From positions 109,817-133,816 of the forward strand of contig NZ_PYLQ01000005.1 of the NCBI RefSeq assembly GCF_003024685.1: a stretch of 24,000 bases of DNA. Reading direction: 5' to 3'. Below are positions 9,272 to 16,828 of this stretch, piece by piece. The stretch is from Faecalibacillus intestinalis (lineage in GTDB: Bacteria > Bacillota_I > Bacilli_A > Erysipelotrichales > Coprobacillaceae). The notes below the pieces were generated by a model. It worked only from the letters and a program-made list of their open reading frames with translations. It was not told where the DNA came from and did no database searches. A program made the position numbers and the translations under genes. Position 1 is the stretch's first letter, and the number at the start of each line of letters is the position of its first letter.

Positions 9272-9334
9272 AAAGAATTATACCAAACAATAAAAATGAA
9301 TAATAATGAGAAAATTTAGTTGGTATAATTCTTT
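9272..9334 (-). terminator. 15-bp perfect inverted repeat downstream of rpiB (probable operon terminator with large loop)
   Basis: AAAGAATTATACCAA (9272-9286) and TTGGTATAATTCTTT (9320-9334) are exact reverse complements around a 33-nt loop. On the minus strand the hairpin is followed by a U-rich tract (UAAUGGUUUUGUUUUU). Confidence 0.4.
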
Positions 9335-9341
9335 AACCCTT

Positions 9342-9791
9342 CTATTTTTGTTTTTCTTCAATCTCTTTTAACATATCAATACGTACTTGATGTCTTCCAC
9401 CTTCGTATTCACCTGATAACCATGCATCAACAATCATTTTTGCAAGTTCAATTCCAACAACTCTTGCTCCAAAAGCTAACATATTTGTATTGTTATGTTG
9501 TCTTGATAGAAGTGCACTATAAGGTTCACTACAAGTTACACAACGAATACCATTGACCTTATTAGCTGCTAATGAAATTCCTACACCTGTTCCACAAATA
9601 ACAATCCCTTTATCAACTTCTCCACTGACAACTGCATTTGCTACCGCTTCACCAGATATAGGATAATTAAATCTTTCTGTGCTATCAGTTCCATAGTTAA
9701 TTACTTCATAGCCATATTTTTCTTCGATATATTTTTTGATTTCTTTTTTGTATTCTACTGCTACATGATCATTTCCGATTCCAATTTTCAT
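9342..9791 (-). CDS. rpiB: Ribose-5-phosphate isomerase B / allose-6-phosphate isomerase (RpiB/LacAB family)
   Basis: 149-aa ORF: MKIGIGNDHVAVEYK..., catalytic-Cys motif VICGTGVGISLAANK, and NNTNMLAFGARV. Length and motifs are typical of RpiB. Confidence 0.9.
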   Translation of the reverse strand: MKIGIGNDHVAVEYKKEIKKYIEEKYGYEVINYGTDSTERFNYPISGEAVANAVVSGEVDKGIVICGTGVGISLAANKVNGIRCVTCSEPYSALLSRQHNNTNMLAFGARVVGIELAKMIVDAWLSGEYEGGRHQVRIDMLKEIEEKQK

Positions 9792-9794
9792 TTT

Positions 9795-10448
9795 TTATAA
9801 ACCTCTTAATTCTTTTATAATTTCTTGATAACTTTTATCTTTTCCAAATAAAGCGCTTGTTCCTAGAATAAATCCTTTAACACCTATCTTTGATAACATT
9901 TCGATTTTTTCTGGAGAACATGCCCCATCAATCATGACATCATATCCACCATAATTCTTTGCTTCATCGACAAACTTTTTGAATTTTGGTGTAACAAAAT
10001 CTAAATACTTTTGCCCTGCAAATCCTGGATTGACACTCATCAACATGACATAGTCACATAGATGTAATAAGTCTTTGACTGTTTCAAAAGATGTTCCTGG
10101 ATTGATGGCTATTCCTGCTTTTGCCCCGGCATCTTTGATCATTTGTAAAGTTCTACAAGCATGTGGATCAATTTCAGGATGAATATAGATAATTTTTGCT
10201 CCTAAACTTGCAAATTTCTCAACATATTTAGATGGATTTTCAATCATCAAATGAACATCGCATGGTTTTATTGCTGTCTTACAGATATATTCGATATCTT
10301 GTAATCCCATTCCAAAGTTAGGAACGAAGCTTCCATCCATAACATCTAGATGGAAGATATCGATTCCTCCTTCTTCTAAATCTTTTATTTCTTTTTTTAG
10401 TGATGCAAAATTTGCACACATCATACTTGGACATAATAATTTTTCCAT
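9795..10448 (-). CDS. D-allulose-6-phosphate 3-epimerase-like (ribulose-phosphate 3-epimerase family, AlsE subtype)
   Basis: 217-aa ORF. The N-terminus CPSMMCANF...FHLDVMDGSFVPNF and C-terminal LGTSALF resemble E. coli AlsE (PSLMCMD...FHIDIMDGHFVPNL...VGTSGLF) more than canonical Rpe (APSILSADF). Confidence 0.75.
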   Translation of the reverse strand: MEKLLCPSMMCANFASLKKEIKDLEEGGIDIFHLDVMDGSFVPNFGMGLQDIEYICKTAIKPCDVHLMIENPSKYVEKFASLGAKIIYIHPEIDPHACRTLQMIKDAGAKAGIAINPGTSFETVKDLLHLCDYVMLMSVNPGFAGQKYLDFVTPKFKKFVDEAKNYGGYDVMIDGACSPEKIEMLSKIGVKGFILGTSALFGKDKSYQEIIKELRGL

Positions 10449-10449
10449 A

Positions 10450-11919
10450 TTAGCTCAAATCTTCTCCGTTACTTTCTATGACTTTTTTATACCAATAAAA
10501 TGAGTCTTTTTTATAACGATTAAACGTACCATTTCCTTCATCATCCATATCTACATAGATAAAACCGTATCGTTTAGTAATTTGACCACTTGATGCAGAA
10601 ACAAGATCAATAGCGCTCCAAGTAGTATATCCAATCACATTTACTCCTTCAGTAATTGCTTGTTTCATAGAATTTATATGTTGTCTTAAATAATCAATAC
10701 GATAAACATCATGAATTTTATAGTCATTGGTCAATACGTCTGTTGCGCCCAATCCATTTTCAATAATTAATAGAGGCATTTGATAGCGCCCATATAACTC
10801 ATGTAATACATATTTTAAACCATCTGGATCCATTGCCCAATCCCATTCGCTATATTGTAAATATGGATTCCTATTGCCAATTGATAAGTTACCTTTTGCC
10901 ATATCTTCATCAACTTTATGAACTGTTATACAGTTACTCATATAATAAGAAAAAGCAATAAAATCAACCTTTCCGTCCAATAAGTCTCTTTCATCTTGTT
11001 GTTTTATATCTAAAGTAATACCCAACTTATTCCAAATATTTTGAGCATAGTATGGATATTGACCACGAACTTGAACATCTGTTGTGTAGTAACACATATT
11101 TCTAAATGTTTCCTGACTTATTAAAACATCCTTAGGATCACATGTTAAAGGATAATATGCCAACGAACTAAACATACATCCTACTTGATTTAAAGAATTA
11201 ATATCATGTGCAAGTTTTACAACTTTTGCACTTGCAACTAATTGGTAATGCAATTGACTAAAATTATTTTGTGATACTTCTCTTGGCAAATCATATGGTA
11301 AAAATGAAGGTATTGCTAAAGAATTAATTTCATTAAATGTCACCCAATATCTGACCAAATCTTTATATTCTTTAAAACACACCTTTGCAAATTGATAGAA
11401 TTCCTCAATCATTTGACGATTACTCCATCCACCAAATTTTTCTTCTAAATAAACAGGGATATCATATTTATGTAAAGTTACTAAAGGTTCAATATCATAC
11501 TTTTTACATTCTTTTAATACGTTATAATAGAATTCAACGCCCTTTTTATTAACCCCATTTTCATATCCTTTAGGGAATATCCTTGCCCATGAAATAGATA
11601 AATTCAATGTTTTTAATCCCATTTCACCAAATAAGGCAATATCTTCTTTGTATCGATGATAAAAATCTACAGCATTATGGTTAATATAATAATAATTATC
11701 ATGCATATCATAATGGTAATTAGATGGTAATGTAGCAAAAAAAGGATATAATCCCTGATTTCCATTATCATCCACATATGTTTTCATGCGCATCCCAGAT
11801 TGCGAACCAACAGTTCCATAATCTGATGCAATAGGGGTTTTTCCATCTAGATTCCACCCGCCCTCACATTGAGAAGCAGCGATATCTGAGCCCCATAAAA
11901 ATTCTTTGGGAAATTTCAT
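10450..11919 (-). CDS. Glycoside hydrolase family 1, 6-phospho-beta-glycosidase
   Basis: 489-aa ORF. Acid/base motif TFNEIN, nucleophile motif IIENGLG, and the phosphate-binding signature of phospho-GH1 enzymes (SASSGQITKRYGFIYVD). RBS AGGAGA lies upstream. Confidence 0.9.
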   Translation of the reverse strand: MKFPKEFLWGSDIAASQCEGGWNLDGKTPIASDYGTVGSQSGMRMKTYVDDNGNQGLYPFFATLPSNYHYDMHDNYYYINHNAVDFYHRYKEDIALFGEMGLKTLNLSISWARIFPKGYENGVNKKGVEFYYNVLKECKKYDIEPLVTLHKYDIPVYLEEKFGGWSNRQMIEEFYQFAKVCFKEYKDLVRYWVTFNEINSLAIPSFLPYDLPREVSQNNFSQLHYQLVASAKVVKLAHDINSLNQVGCMFSSLAYYPLTCDPKDVLISQETFRNMCYYTTDVQVRGQYPYYAQNIWNKLGITLDIKQQDERDLLDGKVDFIAFSYYMSNCITVHKVDEDMAKGNLSIGNRNPYLQYSEWDWAMDPDGLKYVLHELYGRYQMPLLIIENGLGATDVLTNDYKIHDVYRIDYLRQHINSMKQAITEGVNVIGYTTWSAIDLVSASSGQITKRYGFIYVDMDDEGNGTFNRYKKDSFYWYKKVIESNGEDLS

Positions 11920-11930
11920 ATTAATATCTC

Positions 11931-13331
11931 CTAACTATTTTCTAAATTTTTTTCTCCATATAAAATAAATGTAACAACAAATGCAACTATGCAACCAACA
12001 ATAGTACCTGGAAATGAACGTACCAAGTTATTAACTCCACCGGATAATAGCGCAGTCCAACCAATAAAATTTGATGATGATAGAGCATATACACCTACGT
12101 TAAGCATACGATGTATTCCTCCTGCTATTGCCATACCTAAACATGGAGCTAACATCAATTTGAAATTTTTCATATATATACCAAATATACTTGGTTCCAT
12201 TACTCCACCAACAATGGCAGAAATTGCACATTCTCTACAAGTTAATTTTGTTTTTTTATTTTTTGACTTAAAAGAAATCGCTAAATCTGTTACTGCAACA
12301 ATCAAAAATTGACTAGCAAATTGAGCAGGAAGTAACGAATAGTTTACACCCGCTGTAAAAAGATCCATAACAAAAATTGCGCCTAATGCTTGATGTAATC
12401 CAAATGCAACAAATAATTCATATAATCCAGAAACAATAAATGCTACAAGTACTGGAGATACAGATTCTAACATTTGAATAGGTGAAGCAATAACATATCC
12501 TAATGAAGTTCCTAACGGTGTAATAACGTATAAACAAATCGGTAAACAAATTAACAATTCTAAAATTCCTACAAAAACAAATTTGAACATATCAGGAATA
12601 AATCTATTTAATATCTTTTCAATTTTTGACAATAGCCAAATTTCGATAATAACAGGAATAATTTGAGTATTTAATGTAATTGCCATTGGAGCTGCTCCAA
12701 ATATATTTAAAGTTCCTTCACTTACTCCTGTCATCCAATCAGAACTTAACTGAATACAAATTAGTACTAATGCAAATATTGGTGAACATCCAAATTTTTT
12801 TGACGAAGTATAAGCAATAAGTACTGGAGCGAAAAATGTGATAGCATTTTGTGCAATTGTTAAATAATTGTAAATACTTGATTTTGTACTAACCAAATTT
12901 AAACAAGTAGGTCCAATTATCGAAGTAATTGCAGCGAACATCCCCATTGCAATAAACGCTCCTAAACAAGGAACAATACACTCTGTCATAGTTGTTAAAA
13001 TATTTTTAAAAACGTCTTTAATATTCTTTTTTTTCTTAGGTACATCTAAATTTTCATTAATAGCATCACTAGCAATAAAATTTCCTTGTTTACAAACTTC
13101 GTCATAAACTCCATTTACTGCTGTACCAATAATAATTTGCAATTGTTCTCCAACCCACAATCTTCCATTAGTACCATCTAATTCATTTAATTCTTCATCT
13201 CTGACCAAACTTCGATCTTTGACATTAAAACGCAAACGTGTCATACAATGTTCACAAAACGAAATATTCTCTGCACCACCGACTAACATTAAAATGTTTG
13301 CAGCTAGTCCTGCATAATCTTTTTTTGTCAT
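11931..13331 (-). CDS. PTS beta-glucoside-family transporter subunit EIIBC
   Basis: 466-aa ORF. The N-terminal EIIB domain carries the phosphocysteine motif CEHCMTRLRF and is followed by a multi-TM EIIC (glucose superfamily) domain. RBS GAGAGGAAAA lies upstream. Confidence 0.9.
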   Translation of the reverse strand: MTKKDYAGLAANILMLVGGAENISFCEHCMTRLRFNVKDRSLVRDEELNELDGTNGRLWVGEQLQIIIGTAVNGVYDEVCKQGNFIASDAINENLDVPKKKKNIKDVFKNILTTMTECIVPCLGAFIAMGMFAAITSIIGPTCLNLVSTKSSIYNYLTIAQNAITFFAPVLIAYTSSKKFGCSPIFALVLICIQLSSDWMTGVSEGTLNIFGAAPMAITLNTQIIPVIIEIWLLSKIEKILNRFIPDMFKFVFVGILELLICLPICLYVITPLGTSLGYVIASPIQMLESVSPVLVAFIVSGLYELFVAFGLHQALGAIFVMDLFTAGVNYSLLPAQFASQFLIVAVTDLAISFKSKNKKTKLTCRECAISAIVGGVMEPSIFGIYMKNFKLMLAPCLGMAIAGGIHRMLNVGVYALSSSNFIGWTALLSGGVNNLVRSFPGTIVGCIVAFVVTFILYGEKNLENS

Positions 13332-13400
13332 AATTTTTCCTCTCTCTTTCTTTTTTTATTTTATCAACATATTCGCGCGATTCTATGTTGTTAAAATCCA

Positions 13401-13457
13401 TTAAAAAACCTCAGGCATTAAAAATTCTACAATAGCAAAATTTTATATACCTGAGGT
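13401..13457 (-). terminator. Leader terminator (attenuator) upstream of the EIIBC gene
   Basis: Minus-strand RNA is ACCUCAGGUAU ... AUGCCUGAGGU (11-bp stem including one G-U; 13447-13457 pairs with 13408-13418) followed by UUUUUU. Confidence 0.7.
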
Positions 13458-13483
13458 CACGCCCACTACGCAAGGTAACGCCC
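13450..13483 (-). promoter_or_regulatory. RAT-like (ribonucleic antiterminator) element, LicT/BglG target
   Basis: Minus-strand GGGCGUUACCUUGCGUAGUGGGCGUGACCUCAGG resembles the RAT consensus GGAUUGUUACUG....CAGGCAAAACCU. Its 3' end overlaps the 5' arm of the terminator, which is the classical mutually exclusive arrangement. Confidence 0.6.
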
Positions 13484-13484
13484 T

Positions 13485-14324
13485 CTATCGATTGCTTAGA
13501 CAATCTTCTCTTGTACACAATCTATTAACATGCAATATCAAATATATCTTTTCATCATCTGTTAAAACACATTTCATTGCATCTTCTAAATAAATAGTTA
13601 TTTTTTCGACTATTCTATTAGTTTTTGGATAACATTTTATCAAAGTATCATACATTTCTGAGTTCTTTGAAAATATATATTTTCCTTTTTTTCCTCTTTT
13701 AAATAAATAATTCATATGTGAAACAAAACGTGAATAATTAAATCCATTCTTATCAATATTTATTTTTAAATATTGTTCTATAATTTTTATGATATCCTGT
13801 ATCATATCTTCATTTCGTTTTTCTTCATTTCTACCAACAGATATTTCTGCATTAATGATATGCAAAGCTATCATTCCTGCTTCAACTTCTGGTAAAGATA
13901 CGCTTAACATTTTATTAATTGTATGCAATCCAAACAGTCCTACAGCATATTCATTTTCATACAAGTGTTCTACATCTTTAAATATTGGTAAACTAATATC
14001 TATATTCTCTTCATACCTTTTTATTGCAAAATTAATATGATCTGCCAAAGTAAAAATAACATTAGGATTTATTGTTTTTTTCAAATGGCTTCTACAATAA
14101 TCAATTATTTTGATAGAAACATCTAAAATGTCTTGAGAAATATGAGCTATCATATCTACATATTCAGTTTTAACTTTATAGTAAGTCCTATCTATTTTTG
14201 ATAATTCAATTATATCATTATTTTTTTTCTTAAATCCTATTCCTTTTCCAAAAGCAACTACTTCATTTTCATTGTTATCTAAACATATAACAACATTATT
14301 ATTAATGGTTCTGAGTACTCTCAT
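13485..14324 (-). CDS. licT: BglG/LicT/SacY family transcription antiterminator (CAT RNA-binding domain + two PRDs)
   Basis: 279-aa ORF. The N-terminal CAT domain is MRVLRTINNNVVICLDNNENEVVAFGKGIGFKK. Two PRD-like regions with conserved His follow (ALHIINAE..., ILHVNR). Confidence 0.9.
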   Translation of the reverse strand: MRVLRTINNNVVICLDNNENEVVAFGKGIGFKKKNNDIIELSKIDRTYYKVKTEYVDMIAHISQDILDVSIKIIDYCRSHLKKTINPNVIFTLADHINFAIKRYEENIDISLPIFKDVEHLYENEYAVGLFGLHTINKMLSVSLPEVEAGMIALHIINAEISVGRNEEKRNEDMIQDIIKIIEQYLKINIDKNGFNYSRFVSHMNYLFKRGKKGKYIFSKNSEMYDTLIKCYPKTNRIVEKITIYLEDAMKCVLTDDEKIYLILHVNRLCTREDCLSNR

Positions 14325-14340
14325 AATATTACCTCTTTTA

Positions 14341-14814
14341 TTAATTCTTTGTACATTCCATTATTACTGAGTCAGTCGTCACATCTGTTATATTACTTTT
14401 GAAAACTTTATATTCTGAATTAGTAACAACTATTGGTGTTGTTAAATCTATATTCCTTTCTTTCATAAATTGTCTATTTATTTTTAAAACTGGTGTTCCA
14501 TGTTTTACCCTATCGCCTTCTTTTATTAAAAGTTCAAATCCCTTTCCTTCAAGTGATACAGTATCTAATCCTATATGCATTAAAATTTCTGCTTTATTAT
14601 TTGCTTCAAATCCAATAGCATGTTTAGTCGAAGCAACCAATTTAACTTTCCCATCTAATGGCGCAAACAAAATATCTCCTTCAAATATTAATCCTACTCC
14701 TTCACCCATCATTTTCTTTGAAAAAACAGGATCTGGAACTTTTGATAAGTCTACAACTTTTCCATTTGCCGGTGCATATATTACACATTTTTTCTTTTTT
14801 AATACGTTAATCAT
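14341..14814 (-). CDS. PTS glucose-family EIIA component (EIIA-Glc type)
   Basis: 157-aa ORF with the EIIA-Glc fold signature: PDPVFSKKMMGEGV, the active-site His pair region TKHAIGFEANNKAEILMHIGLDTVSLEGKGF. RBS AAGGAGAAAG lies upstream. Confidence 0.9.
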   Translation of the reverse strand: MINVLKKKKCVIYAPANGKVVDLSKVPDPVFSKKMMGEGVGLIFEGDILFAPLDGKVKLVASTKHAIGFEANNKAEILMHIGLDTVSLEGKGFELLIKEGDRVKHGTPVLKINRQFMKERNIDLTTPIVVTNSEYKVFKSNITDVTTDSVIMECTKN

Positions 14815-14836
14815 ATTCTTTCTCCTTATTATATAA

Positions 14837-14907
14837 ATAAAAAACTCTTCAAAGGCAACATAATAAAGTATAAAAATACTTTTATTAGGTCAAGCCTCCA
14901 AAGAGTT
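14837..14907 (-). terminator. Leader terminator (attenuator) upstream of EIIA-licT
   Basis: Minus-strand RNA has AACUCUUUGGAGGC (14894-14907) pairing with GCCUUUGAAGAGUU (14843-14856). This is a 14-bp stem with three G-U pairs, followed by UUUUUUAU. Confidence 0.7.
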
Positions 14908-14915
14908 ACATTCCT
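14886..14915 (-). promoter_or_regulatory. RAT element (close match to LicT/SacY RAT consensus)
   Basis: Minus-strand GGAAUGUAACUCUUUGGAGGCUUGACCUAA compares with consensus GGAUUGUUACUGCUUAGCAGGCAAAACCUAA. It overlaps the 5' arm of the terminator. Confidence 0.75.
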
Positions 14916-14928
14916 AAATCACAAAGAA

Positions 14929-14957
14929 ATACTAACATTCTATGATGTTTTTGTCAA
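14929..14957 (-). promoter_or_regulatory. Sigma-A promoter of the PTS/antiterminator operon
   Basis: Minus strand reads TTGACA (14952-14957), exactly 17 nt, then TAGTAT (14929-14934), placed just upstream of the RAT. Confidence 0.65.
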
Positions 14958-15018
14958 TATTTTGTTAAAATTTATATTAACTTTATATTTATATTATTCT
15001 CATTTTTTATTCAATATT

Positions 15019-15609
15019 TTAAATCATCACTAAATCTAATAAATGAATCCCATTTCCCTTTCCAAGTAAAATACCTTTTAAACAACGATTACATGTACAT
15101 ATTACTTGAATACCTTGAAACTGTTGTACATAATCATACATATATTTTTCTTGTATCTCTTTAGAATAATGAGATAAATGGTTATCTTTCAATTCTTTAT
15201 TTTCATAGTGGAGCGTTCCACAATAGATAGAATTTTCTTTATTCTTTTCAATTTCAAGTACCTCAATATTCATTTTTTTTAAAAGACTTCTTACTGCTTG
15301 ATGTATTTCTGGATGATTTCTATCTCTCCAACAATCTTGTAAATACATCTTTTGACCATGATAATCAGGAAATTTAAAATCATCTAATTGATCTAAATAT
15401 TGCCATAAAGACATTGTATTAACTTGATTTTCTATTTGACCTCTACACGCTTGACAAACATAAATACCAATATCTTCTTCATTAAATTTTCTTTGATCAA
15501 TTTTACAACATTTTGCAATATCCATCTTTTCTTTTAAATATTCTCTTACTTTTTTTGCTGTTTGTGGACTTGAAATAGCAAAATTACAACTTGGATAATA
15601 AATATACAT
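15019..15609 (-). CDS. Cysteine-rich protein with two degenerate CCG-type (HdrB/LutA/GlpC-like) domains; putative Fe-S binding
   Basis: 196-aa ORF. First half: YYPSC...KCCK...CQAC fits C-Xn-CC(G)-Xm-C-X2-C. Second half: DCW...YCGT...CTCNRC. Strong RBS AGGAGGAAAG. It starts 11 nt after the chrA stop, so it is likely co-transcribed. Confidence 0.5.
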   Translation of the reverse strand: MYIYYPSCNFAISSPQTAKKVREYLKEKMDIAKCCKIDQRKFNEEDIGIYVCQACRGQIENQVNTMSLWQYLDQLDDFKFPDYHGQKMYLQDCWRDRNHPEIHQAVRSLLKKMNIEVLEIEKNKENSIYCGTLHYENKELKDNHLSHYSKEIQEKYMYDYVQQFQGIQVICTCNRCLKGILLGKGNGIHLLDLVMI

Positions 15610-15620
15610 TCTCTTTCCTC

Positions 15621-16175
15621 CTATATCATTTGAATAACAACCTCACTGATTCCTGCAAGAACCATAACTAAAATTGGATTCATTTTATATTTTCTAAGTA
15701 ATATTAAACAAAGGATAAAAACAATAATTGCATGGTATCTTATATAAGAAATACCAATTAATGAATCTTTAAAAAATGAAGAAATCAAAATACTGATTCC
15801 ACTAATCGCAATCATCGAAACAACCGCTGGTCTTAAATAAGAAAGAATTGTTTTCATTACTTTCATATCTTTATATTTTACATAAAAATAAGCAAGTAAT
15901 GAAACAAGGATACATGAAGGTAAAATACAACCAAAAGTAGCAATAAGAGCACCAGGTAAATGAGCTACATATTGTCCAACAAATGTTGAAGAATTGACCG
16001 CAATGGGTCCTGGTGTCATTTGGGAAATCGTAATAAGATCCGTAAATGTATTCTGACTGATCCAATGATAGGTGGAGATTACTTGTTGACTAATAAGAGG
16101 TAATGCAGCATAACCACCCCCAAAGCTAAAGAGTCCTATTTGGAAAAATGCCCAAAATAATTGTAAATAAATCAT
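15621..16175 (-). CDS. Chromate ion transporter (CHR) family protein, short-chain, C-terminal-type partner
   Basis: 184-aa multi-TM ORF with the CHR signature FGGGYAALPLI...MTPGPIAVN. It overlaps the upstream partner by 4 nt (ATGA), indicating translational coupling. Confidence 0.85.
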   Translation of the reverse strand: MIYLQLFWAFFQIGLFSFGGGYAALPLISQQVISTYHWISQNTFTDLITISQMTPGPIAVNSSTFVGQYVAHLPGALIATFGCILPSCILVSLLAYFYVKYKDMKVMKTILSYLRPAVVSMIAISGISILISSFFKDSLIGISYIRYHAIIVFILCLILLRKYKMNPILVMVLAGISEVVIQMI

Positions 16176-16732
16176 GCTCTTTCCCTCCTTATAAATAGCT
16201 CAACAAATGCAAGTAAAATACATCCTAAAATAATGTACATAATGTTCACATTTAAAAAGTAATTTAAAACAAAAGCTCCTATCATAATTAAAATATTTCT
16301 TTCTTTATGTTCATCCATGACACTTAAGGCCATATCATAAACCACACTTACGATAATCGCTCCAATTCCAGCGCGCATCCCAAGAAGAATTGCACTGATG
16401 ATTTTATTGGTAATAAATATTTTATAAAAATAAGCAATCACACTAATAATAACGATTGGTGGAATGATTGTGCCAATCACACAAACAATAATCCCTAAAA
16501 TTCCTGCCATTTTATATCCTAAAACAATCGCTCCATTAACAGCTATTGCTCCTGGAGCACTTTGTGCAATCGCTACTAAATCCAACATTTCTTTTTCATC
16601 AATATAATGAAGTTGATCCACAAATCTTTCTTTTAATAAAGAAACAATCACATAACCTCCACCAAAAGTAAATGCTGATAAATAAAGTGTAGAGGTAAAC
16701 AATTCCATTAATAATTTTCTTTTTTCCTTCAT
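16172..16732 (-). CDS. Chromate ion transporter (CHR) family protein, short-chain, N-terminal-type partner
   Basis: Multi-TM ORF with FGGGYVIVSLL...SAPGAIAVN. The ORF track starts at a GTG (16741). I prefer the ATG at 16730-16732 (MKEKRKLL...), which is preceded by AGGTGA 5 nt upstream. Confidence 0.85.
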   Translation of the reverse strand: MKEKRKLLMELFTSTLYLSAFTFGGGYVIVSLLKERFVDQLHYIDEKEMLDLVAIAQSAPGAIAVNGAIVLGYKMAGILGIIVCVIGTIIPPIVIISVIAYFYKIFITNKIISAILLGMRAGIGAIIVSVVYDMALSVMDEHKERNILIMIGAFVLNYFLNVNIMYIILGCILLAFVELFIRRERA

Positions 16733-16799
16733 TTCTATCACCTATTTCATCTTAATACACATTGATTCATCTGTAAAATATTATATAATAATATTATAC

Positions 16800-16815
16800 A
16801 TAGGTATTTACCTAT
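16800..16815. promoter_or_regulatory. 7-bp inverted repeat, candidate LysR-type operator in the chrA-lysR divergent region
   Basis: ATAGGTA-TT-TACCTAT is a perfect palindrome immediately upstream of the lysR RBS (AAGGAGG). A possible lysR promoter is TTGATT (16762-16767), 16 nt, TATAAT (16784-16789). Confidence 0.35.
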
Positions 16816-16828
16816 ATAAGGAGGCATT

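Noticed and set aside
14399-14836. 145-aa plus-strand ORF running antisense across almost the whole EIIA gene
   Set aside because: It begins at a TTG with no SD sequence. Its product is low-complexity (Phe/Ser/Ile/Asn-rich), typical of the mirror frame of an AT-rich coding region, whereas the opposite strand encodes a clear EIIA-Glc with all motifs.
15871-16065. 64-aa minus-strand ORF overlapping the chrA C-type gene out of frame
   Set aside because: It is fully nested in a membrane-protein gene with a clear CHR signature. It has an odd Cys/Tyr/Phe-rich composition and no independent translation signals.
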